A stretch of DNA of 27,250 nucleotides from Patescibacteria group bacterium. GTDB lineage: Bacteria > Patescibacteriota > Patescibacteriia > Magasanikbacterales > GWA2-37-8. How positions within the stretch are numbered: position 1 is the stretch's first letter; each line of letters opens with the position of its first letter. Shown here in pieces: positions 1 through 6,932 of the stretch. Position numbers and translations under genes: made by a program. The notes below the pieces were generated by a model that saw nothing but the letters and a program-made list of their open reading frames with translations, did not search any database and was not told the DNA's origin. The stretch is taken from the NCBI GenBank assembly GCA_004321885.1, contig SCQK01000009.1, positions 1-27,250 of the forward strand. Direction: 5' to 3'.

Positions 1-2
1 TA

Positions 3-3000
3 TATTTAAATAAAGAAGGAAAAAATCAATATGAACACTATCACCCAAATTTGGTTGATTTGATTAAAAAAACTGTAAAGGAAAGAGGTGAAATAGCGCC
101 GGAAGGATGGATGACTAATAAAGGGCTGGCGGAGATGTTGAAAAAAAACAAGTGGATAATTAATACGAAAGCCAATCAATACAGGCGTTCTTATCCTCAG
201 TGGTTTAAGGCGTATCTAATTCCGTCACTCAAACGGAAACATGAACATTATCATCCTAAATTAGTGGAAATAATTATTAAGGAGATTGAAAACGAAAAAG
301 AATATACTGAAAAAGACAAACTAAAGAAAGAAATGTGTGACTTTGTACAAGAATTAATCAATGGTAGTACAGATAAAAACAAGGATTTCCAATCAATAAT
401 ACGTGTCTGTGGCCCTTCACGCTATTTAGATATTCTTTATAAATTCCACCCTGAATATAAAGGATTGCCCGTGGATTACGTAAAAGGCGTCATCGCCGAC
501 TATCTTGGCGATTTTTTGGTAGCAAAAGGCGAATTTAGACCCGAAGATGTTCCTTTCACTTTAGAATATCTGTCGGATATCACTTTTCAAGAGGGCCTTT
601 ACGAAACCATCAAGGACAACTGTCTAAAATACTATTTTGAACAAAAACGTGCCGGCAAAAAAGACAGCCACGAAATAATTTATGGCTATCTAGATCACAT
701 GGTGAGCGAACTCGGCCACCTTAATAATTCAGTGCTTGATGACATCATTCAAAAAGTGATTGTTTACTACGATTCCGTTTTGCGTGACTTTTATAAGCCG
801 TCAAAATTCGTGAATACACTTAGCAAAGATCGCGAATTTCCGGATTTGAACCAAAAAATAAACATGAAAGAATTGACTGAAAAGAAACGCTTGCTCATCG
901 CCGATGAAATGGGTTTGGGGAAAAGTGCGTCGGTCATCATGGCCAAAGAACAATTGAGAATAAAATGCGCTTTAGTGGTAGCCCCCAGCAATGTATTAAA
1001 TACATGGCAACAATATTTGTCAGAAGTAGACGCTACTGACCCGAAAAGGGGCGGCTATTTCAAAAGCGGGCAAGCGCCACGGGTATTAAAGGTGGAAAAC
1101 GACGAGGACTTAGACCAAGTCAATGCCACTAACTACGACTACATCCTTATTTCCCAGGAACGTTTGAGCGGAGCCAATTATGTCGATAAATTACTGACGA
1201 CTGACTATGACATGTTGATAGCCGATGAAGTGCACAAATTGAAACGGCTTGAAAGCGCGCGCGCTCCGGAACTGTTACGGCTGGCGGGAAAAATAGAGGG
1301 AAAAGATAAATACCTGGCTCTTCTTTCCGGTACACCAATCCCAAATAAAATTGAAGATTTGGCTCTGTTACTCAAACTTCTTTATCCAAAAAAATTTGCT
1401 TCTGTTGATAGCGATGAACTCATCCAACAAATTATCTGCGGTGATACCATGGATCTGCGTGCTCTGTTGCTACCACGGATGCAAATGAAAAATTTGGAAG
1501 AGGGCGTGGAGATGCCTACGTTAACCGAAGAGACGATTAAAGTAGAACTTGATAAATTAGAAAAAGACATATATGAAGTACTCTTAGAGGAAAACGAACT
1601 AACCGCCTCGGAAAAAATAATAATGTTAAGACAATTTCTTTTAAATCCGGAATTGCTGAATTCTACTCCCGGGATTGAAGGTTCAAAAATAAAAGAACTA
1701 TCAAATAGCTTGGACACGGCTTTCCGACATCACGACAAAATCGTAGTGTTTGTTAATGACTACATTGAAGGAATAATGCGGGGGGAAAAATCAATCATAA
1801 AAAAATTACAATTGCCAGCCGATGTGACAATACGGGCAATACATGGAGAAACCGGCAAAGAGGAGCGGCTGGCAATACAGCAGGAATTGCGCCCGGCGCA
1901 TGGAAAATTTTTGCTATTTGTAAGCGGTCAGACAGCCGATGTGGGTGTTGATTATTCCGGCGCTCAACATGTCTTCTTCTACAATGAGCCATGGACCGAA
2001 TATCAAAAACGTCAAGAATTGGGCCGCGTCTATCGTCCCGGGCTGGAAGAAGGTTTGGAAAGCGACACGCTTGTCTCTGTCGGCACAATTGAAGAGGGCA
2101 TTCATGAATATATCCGCCGAAAATACATCGCCGTGGAAAAATTATTACGCGGGATTCCGATTACTGATTTGGAAAAAGAACTGCTGGAAAAAGACGAGAA
2201 AAGCAAGGAGCCGGATTTGTCAGTCAACCCGGAACTGGCCCAATACTATTTCTCTTCATGGGATAAGATGATGAAAATATTTGGTTATGTAAAAGAAATT
2301 GGCGAAGAAAAATTCAATAAATTTTTGTCCAAATACGCCAAGGATTACGCTGACTGCTATTTAGATCTGGGTAATCGCAGTTACCAGTCAAACGCCAACC
2401 GCGTATCCGGTACGCTAATCCATAAATTAGTGAAAGAATCCGGCAGTTCCGCGGAGTCACTGAAAATAATAGACATCGCTTCGGGCCCGGAAATGCTCAA
2501 ACAGCATATTGGAGACGAATATCGTGATAGAATTTTCAGCATTGATATCAACAAACAACATTTCGCGACACGAGAGGGTAACAAAAGAGTCGCTGGGAGC
2601 TTGTCGGCGATGCCTTTCGCAGATCAGTCCTTTGATTTCGCCAACATATCTCTTGCTCTGCATTACACTGGCTTCGCTCCAAGCAAGGGAAAACTGGAAC
2701 GGCTAAAAGTATTAATGGAAACTAATAGAATTCTGAAAGAGGGTGGCAAAGCGATAATTAATCTGATTTATACTCTTGAGCCGAAAGATTTTGAAAAATT
2801 TAAAGAAGCGGCCGAAGTGTTGGGTTTCCGAATTGTTGACGGATACACAGGCGAAGTTAGCGCGGACAAACAATATCTTTCCCGCGTCATTACGTTAGAA
2901 AAAATAAAAAATCTGGATACTAAATTGACCACGGAAGATATGTCCGGTCAATTGGGTAAAGAGAAGCTGGAGGGACTAAAATTCAAAAAAACTGAGGCGA

Positions 3001-3269
3001 AATTAAAGGATTCGCGACAGATTTTGACTTCTTTCAAATTGGGCGGCGCTAAAATTGACGTGCATTTTAACGAGGATGACTTAATGGTGTTAAAAGAAGA
3101 ACAAGAATTGTTGAGGGAGGGGGAATCGCTGAAGCGAAAGTACACAAAAATCGTAAATATACCGCCGCAAGAAATTATTGACCATAATTTTGTTCGCATC
3201 AAAATAGGAAAAAAATATATACTATTCAAAAAGTTATCCAAGGGCTCGGGAGTAGTAATAGTAAAATAA
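3..3269 (+). CDS. SNF2-family helicase fused to a C-terminal class I SAM-dependent methyltransferase; 5' end open at the window edge
   Basis: SNF2 motifs: I 'LIADEMGLGKS', II 'MLIADEVHKLK', III 'LSGTPIPNK', V/VI 'FVSGQTADVGVDYSGAQHVFFYNEPWTEYQKRQELGRVYRPG'. Class I MTase motifs: 'IIDIASGPE', 'SIDIN', 'PFADQSFDFANISLALHY', 'LKEGGKAII'. Reading frame is open back to nt 3, and the first listed start (TTG at 51) is probably internal. About 37% GC, lysine-rich C-terminus. Confidence 0.8.
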   Translation, partial: YLNKEGKNQYEHYHPNLVDLIKKTVKERGEIAPEGWMTNKGLAEMLKKNKWIINTKANQYRRSYPQWFKAYLIPSLKRKHEHYHPKLVEIIIKEIENEKEYTEKDKLKKEMCDFVQELINGSTDKNKDFQSIIRVCGPSRYLDILYKFHPEYKGLPVDYVKGVIADYLGDFLVAKGEFRPEDVPFTLEYLSDITFQEGLYETIKDNCLKYYFEQKRAGKKDSHEIIYGYLDHMVSELGHLNNSVLDDIIQKVIVYYDSVLRDFYKPSKFVNTLSKDREFPDLNQKINMKELTEKKRLLIADEMGLGKSASVIMAKEQLRIKCALVVAPSNVLNTWQQYLSEVDATDPKRGGYFKSGQAPRVLKVENDEDLDQVNATNYDYILISQERLSGANYVDKLLTTDYDMLIADEVHKLKRLESARAPELLRLAGKIEGKDKYLALLSGTPIPNKIEDLALLLKLLYPKKFASVDSDELIQQIICGDTMDLRALLLPRMQMKNLEEGVEMPTLTEETIKVELDKLEKDIYEVLLEENELTASEKIIMLRQFLLNPELLNSTPGIEGSKIKELSNSLDTAFRHHDKIVVFVNDYIEGIMRGEKSIIKKLQLPADVTIRAIHGETGKEERLAIQQELRPAHGKFLLFVSGQTADVGVDYSGAQHVFFYNEPWTEYQKRQELGRVYRPGLEEGLESDTLVSVGTIEEGIHEYIRRKYIAVEKLLRGIPITDLEKELLEKDEKSKEPDLSVNPELAQYYFSSWDKMMKIFGYVKEIGEEKFNKFLSKYAKDYADCYLDLGNRSYQSNANRVSGTLIHKLVKESGSSAESLKIIDIASGPEMLKQHIGDEYRDRIFSIDINKQHFATREGNKRVAGSLSAMPFADQSFDFANISLALHYTGFAPSKGKLERLKVLMETNRILKEGGKAIINLIYTLEPKDFEKFKEAAEVLGFRIVDGYTGEVSADKQYLSRVITLEKIKNLDTKLTTEDMSGQLGKEKLEGLKFKKTEAKLKDSRQILTSFKLGGAKIDVHFNEDDLMVLKEEQELLREGESLKRKYTKIVNIPPQEIIDHNFVRIKIGKKYILFKKLSKGSGVVIVK

Positions 3270-3483
3270 TTTTCTTCACCTACCAAACTTCAATGGCAGA
3301 TATACTATATAGCGACGTCGGACTCGCCCCCTATTTTGATATTGACAAAACTGCTAAAAATAGCATACTATTCCCTGCTGACTTATCAGTGGATAGCGGC
3401 TCCCGCCCGGTTTTAAAATTTCTTGACTACCGAGCGGGAACCACTATCAACCAACAACGTACATTCCGCAAGGAGAAATTCCG

Positions 3484-4623
3484 ATGGCTCTTTTCTTCCC
3501 CGGACTTTCAAAGACGTTTCTCGGACGCTACGAAAACAACCCCAAAGAGCTCCGCGTTCTCCAAGTGATCTGCGAACACCTGCGCAGTGGTTACACCACT
3601 GGAAAAAAGCGCGGCGCTGGATCTAAGGAAGACAAGGTCTTTCAAGACGCGAAGGACTCCCTGGAAAAAGAAGATGTCCCCTTGGAAAGAAAGGACTTCA
3701 TCTACATCAAAGCCGGGATCCGAATCGCCTACAAAATCCTCGTGGGCGAAGAGGGTGAGGATACGAGCACCACGCTTTCAGAAAACATCATCTCGGATTT
3801 GCGTGTGGATGGCATAACAAACTGGACAGAGGTGCTCCGGGCAAACGGCGACCTGGACTATCTGTTCAAGAATGAGCGCGAAACGGCCGCGCGGGCCGAA
3901 GCCGCGCTCACAGAAGCCCAAGCAACTCTGGAAAAGCTGGCGTCGCGCACCAACAAGGTGCGCGTGAGCGAAAAGCTCATAACCTTGGTTGGCGAACTGC
4001 TTCCCACGCTGGAGGATGTCCTCGCGGAAAACGAATCGCTCAAGGAGGCGGCATCGCGATTCGCCGAAGAGCGAACAGAATCAGAACGTAAGCTTCTCGA
4101 AGCCGAAACAATGATTCGCCTGCTCGAAGAGGACAACGATTCGGCCCAGGGCCGTTTGGACAGCGTCAGGGCAGAACTCCGGAAGGCCCATGACCTCTCG
4201 GTCTTGCAATTGGCTCTCCAATATCCACAGCATCCCCAGCTCATGGAGATAGCCCAACGCATTGAGGAAGATAAGAAGCAAGGGCAAAACGAGATGGGGA
4301 CGTTGGTTGCCCAACTACCAAAAACCTACACTGGAGGAACGATAGAATACAAGCAACGATTCCTCCGACTACTGTTCGATCTCGCGCGAAACGAACAGGA
4401 GCAGATCATCGGTCAACTGCGAAATCTGGCCGAACAGGGGCCGAAGCATGCTTCCTTGCACACGAGGAAGACGCAAATACGTCTCCTCTACAGCCCGATG
4501 GACTGCATGGTTTCCCGCGGCGCGGATGACATCCGCTTCACATGGAGCAAGGAGAACGGCGCGATTACCGTTCACTGGCTCTACCGAAAGGGCGATAGCC
4601 GCGTGCGTCAATCCGAGGCATAA
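3484..4623 (+). CDS. hypothetical coiled-coil protein in a GC-rich (foreign-looking) segment
   Basis: ATG preceded by AAGGAG 8 nt upstream. About 57-60% GC against an AT-rich neighbour. Central E/R/L/A-rich heptad-like region. Intrinsic terminator follows immediately. Confidence 0.6.
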   Translation: MALFFPGLSKTFLGRYENNPKELRVLQVICEHLRSGYTTGKKRGAGSKEDKVFQDAKDSLEKEDVPLERKDFIYIKAGIRIAYKILVGEEGEDTSTTLSENIISDLRVDGITNWTEVLRANGDLDYLFKNERETAARAEAALTEAQATLEKLASRTNKVRVSEKLITLVGELLPTLEDVLAENESLKEAASRFAEERTESERKLLEAETMIRLLEEDNDSAQGRLDSVRAELRKAHDLSVLQLALQYPQHPQLMEIAQRIEEDKKQGQNEMGTLVAQLPKTYTGGTIEYKQRFLRLLFDLARNEQEQIIGQLRNLAEQGPKHASLHTRKTQIRLLYSPMDCMVSRGADDIRFTWSKENGAITVHWLYRKGDSRVRQSEA

Positions 4624-4640
4624 TTCGCCTCCCCCGCCTT

Positions 4641-4673
4641 ATCCCGCTGTTCGCCCGGCGGGATTCTTTTTTT
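4641..4673 (+). terminator. rho-independent terminator: ATCCCGC...GCGGGAT stem followed by TCTTTTTTT
   Basis: 7-bp GC stem with 10-nt loop and a U-tract. The U-tract overlaps the stop codon of the convergent - strand gene. Confidence 0.6.
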
Positions 4674-5916
4674 ACACCAACTCAAACCTCCGCCGGCGGC
4701 CGTAGAGAAGATAAATAATGAGAGCAATAATAGCTATAAAAATAAACGTGCGGTAATACGGCACATAAAGCGCGAGAACGCCCCAGCCGCTTATCCACTC
4801 AATAGAAATTGAGCCCTGCACCGTCTCCACGTTGTTTATCAACTGTCGGTCTTGCTGGTCCAAGAAAACAAGCTGTTCCTGTTCGTTTTTTATTCGCGCG
4901 TCAATTTCATTTCGTTTCTTCTGGTACTGCGCGTTCTCGTTGGCCAAAAGCTGATTAAGCCGGCGCTGTTCGGTTGACAGATTACTAACGGCGACCGCGA
5001 TTTCCTGTTGGCGCTCGGTGCTGGTGGTAAATTCTTTTTTTAATTTATTGATACTGTTAGCCGTATAGCTTAACTGTTGTTTTAGTGAAGCGACCTTGGT
5101 ATTATGGCTGACCACCAAGTCCTGCCTTTGTTTTTGCGAATCCGCCAGAGCGCTTTGGGAAGAAGCTGTGTTTTGTTCAATGACGGTTTTCTCGGGCAAC
5201 AGATTGCGCGAGTTTATTATTTCAGCCATAAAGCGCGGACTGGCGGCCAATTCCTTCAACTCGTCCTTAAACGATTCCATCTCTGATTTGGGTAGCACAA
5301 ATTCAATGCGCGCGTATTTGGAATCCGACGATGAATTGTCTACACGGCCGCCATGCCCGCGCACTATAGTCTGAGCGCGCGTCGCTTTCTTTTGCACTTG
5401 TCGTGTTTTAATTTCGGCGTGATAATCGGTTTTCAAGTATTCGCGGGTGTCAAAGGGTGAGGCCTGCGTAAAATAACGGCCAATACTTTTAGCGGCTCCA
5501 CCAACTATCTCGCCTACGATTCCACCAGCGGTAACCTCACGCGCGCTAAGACCGGTATACGCGCCATAAACAACGCCTAAATCGTTTGCGCTGATTTCTC
5601 CAGAAGAGGATCTCTGATAGCCAACTTTGCTCGCCGCATCATAACCGTAGCCAGCAGGGTTCAAACCATGATCGGCCGAAGTTAAACGATTTAAATAGAA
5701 ACCTTGCGTAACGAAAAATAAAATAGATAACCCCCCGCAGACAAACGCAATCCGCCAAGGATAACGAAAACGGCGACGTTCGGGTTGAACAGTATTTTGC
5801 GTTCTAAGCGCGGCAAAAATCCTCGCCTTCATCGCTTCGTTGCCAATTGGCAATATTCGCTCTTTCTGCCCCCAATGATGAAGTAAATCTTTTAAATTGT
5901 AACTGACTTGTGTCAT
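4672..5916 (-). CDS. DUF4349-like membrane protein (putative anti-sigma factor partner)
   Basis: TM helix 'IAFVCGGLSILFFVTQGFY' near the N-terminus and 'VLALYVPYYRTFIFIAIIALIIYLL' at the C-terminus. Q/E/K-rich coiled-coil segment. Lies directly downstream of, and co-oriented with, the ECF sigma gene. Confidence 0.55.
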   Translation of the reverse strand: MTQVSYNLKDLLHHWGQKERILPIGNEAMKARIFAALRTQNTVQPERRRFRYPWRIAFVCGGLSILFFVTQGFYLNRLTSADHGLNPAGYGYDAASKVGYQRSSSGEISANDLGVVYGAYTGLSAREVTAGGIVGEIVGGAAKSIGRYFTQASPFDTREYLKTDYHAEIKTRQVQKKATRAQTIVRGHGGRVDNSSSDSKYARIEFVLPKSEMESFKDELKELAASPRFMAEIINSRNLLPEKTVIEQNTASSQSALADSQKQRQDLVVSHNTKVASLKQQLSYTANSINKLKKEFTTSTERQQEIAVAVSNLSTEQRRLNQLLANENAQYQKKRNEIDARIKNEQEQLVFLDQQDRQLINNVETVQGSISIEWISGWGVLALYVPYYRTFIFIAIIALIIYLLYGRRRRFELV

Positions 5917-5974
5917 AAACGAAATGGGTGAGGAAAATATTTTCGAACGAATGAGTCTATATGTGACGCAGCCC

Positions 5975-6508
5975 TTATACTATTGTGTTAAAACCCGTGC
6001 GCGCCCGAGCCAGCGACCGATGCACGCGCACTCGCGCTGTGATAACGGAAATTTCCAGCACCCGCGCGATTTCTTTAAACGGCAAATCGGCGATATAGCG
6101 CAAACGGAGCAATTCCCTGTCTTCTTCCGGCAACATTTTCAAAATCTTTTCCACCAAAAATTTTTCAGACAAATCGCCGCCGACTGAAACCGTTTGGAAA
6201 TTTTCCTCGTTAGTTTCTTCAATGGATCTCTCTCGGCCGTTCTGCCGCCAATGCTGGCGGCACTCGTTGCGCGCGATGGCAAACAGCCAGGAGCTAAACC
6301 TTACGCCGCGGGCATGAAATTTTGCCAGCGATGCTATCGCCTTGAGCCATGTATTCTGCAAAATATCATCGGCCAAACTTTTTTCGCGCAAGGTGTTCAC
6401 CAGATAGCCGTACAATTTCGGCGTGATGGCGTCCCAAAGCAAGCCCAAAGCGGCCTGTTCTCCTTTTTTGGCCCGAGCTATCAAGGCAAGTTCTTCGTGT
6501 ATTTCCAT
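5975..6508 (-). CDS. ECF-type RNA polymerase sigma-70 factor
   Basis: Region 2 ('LLWDAITPKLYGYLVNTLREKSLADDILQNTWLKAIASLAKF') and region 4 ('DRELLRLRYIADLPFKEIARVLEISVITARVRVHRSLARAR'). Start chosen at internal Met 'MEIHEEL' (ATG 6508-6506) with GGGAGG about 12 nt upstream. The ORF-track extension to 6703 runs through a promoter, structured RNA and terminator. Confidence 0.8.
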   Translation of the reverse strand: MEIHEELALIARAKKGEQAALGLLWDAITPKLYGYLVNTLREKSLADDILQNTWLKAIASLAKFHARGVRFSSWLFAIARNECRQHWRQNGRERSIEETNEENFQTVSVGGDLSEKFLVEKILKMLPEEDRELLRLRYIADLPFKEIARVLEISVITARVRVHRSLARARTGFNTIV

Positions 6509-6589
6509 AGATGTCTGTTTGCCTCCCCGTCGGGAGTGCCACCATTCTACTAAAGATAATGCGCGAAAGCAATAAAATGTTACATAAAC

Positions 6590-6614
6590 AAAAAACCGCC
6601 TCGCGAAGAGACGG
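6590..6614 (-). terminator. rho-independent terminator (- strand): CCGUCUC-UUCGC-GAGGCGG followed by UUUUUU
   Basis: Read on the - strand: 7-bp stem with one G-U pair, then a T6 run. Sits between the tRNA-like structure and the sigma gene start. Confidence 0.55.
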
Positions 6615-6623
6615 CTTTGAGTG

Positions 6624-6692
6624 TGGAGCCAAGGGGTATTGAACCCCTCTATCCGAGTGCTAACCACGGAACCCTCACCATGAGGTGGCCCC
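6624..6692 (-). ncRNA. tRNA-like degenerate element (acceptor stem plus perfect T-arm, non-canonical D/anticodon region)
   Basis: - strand: GGGGCCA...TGGCTCC acceptor pairing (7 bp with one G-U). T-arm AGGGG-TTCAATA-CCCCT with canonical T-loop. Only 69 nt, no encoded CCA, no standard D-arm. Preceded by an extended -10 'TGGTATAAT' at 6712-6720 (- strand). Confidence 0.3.
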
Positions 6693-6705
6693 CTGTACTC
6701 CACGC

Positions 6706-6720
6706 GAGCATTATACCAAA
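6706..6720 (-). promoter_or_regulatory. extended -10 promoter 'TTTGGTATAATG' (- strand) driving the tRNA-like RNA
   Basis: TGnTATAAT consensus read on the - strand. A second similar box 'TTGGTATAGTG' lies at 6794-6806 (- strand) ahead of a second small hairpin and terminator unit. Confidence 0.4.
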
Positions 6721-6732
6721 TTTTGAGGCATC

Positions 6733-6758
6733 AAAAAAGCCCGAGATATTTCTCGGAC
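6733..6758 (-). terminator. rho-independent terminator (- strand): GUCCGAGA-AAUA-UCUCGGGC followed by UUUUUU
   Basis: 8-bp stem, tetraloop and T6 when read on the - strand. Terminates a roughly 60-nt transcript from the 6794-6806 promoter-like box. Confidence 0.55.
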
Positions 6759-6898
6759 TTTCAGGGTTCAATAGAATCCGTGGTTAGCATTATCACTATA
6801 CCAATTTTAATAATATTTGTCAATATCACCTATCCACACCCCCTTTACTAAATGTCTTTTGAGAGATAAGATATATCCAGAAAATTACCCCCACCCAA

Positions 6899-6921
6899 CC
6901 TCCCCCTTATCAAGAGGGAGG
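6899..6921 (+). repeat. family B hairpin element (CCTCCCCC-loop-GGGAGG) supplying the gatB RBS
   Basis: 'cctcccccttatcaagagggagg'. GGGAGG lies 12 nt upstream of the gatB ATG. Confidence 0.6.
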
Positions 6922-6932
6922 AAACAAATTGT

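Noticed and set aside
3293-3568. 91-aa ORF overlapping the start of the 3484 gene
   Set aside because: Different frame overlapping by 85 nt, no RBS. The region reads better as a promoter and leader (TTGACA, 18 nt, TACTAT at 3339-3368).
6624-6692. Canonical tRNA gene
   Set aside because: A perfect T-arm and a 7-bp acceptor-like stem exist. But the intervening 37 nt cannot form standard D and anticodon arms, and the length is 69 nt with no CCA. Kept only as a tRNA-like remnant.
5975-6703. Long form of the ECF sigma ORF starting at 6703
   Set aside because: The N-terminal 65 codons read through an extended -10 promoter, a tRNA-like structure and an intrinsic terminator. The internal Met at 6508 has GGGAGG upstream and begins the conserved sigma region 2.
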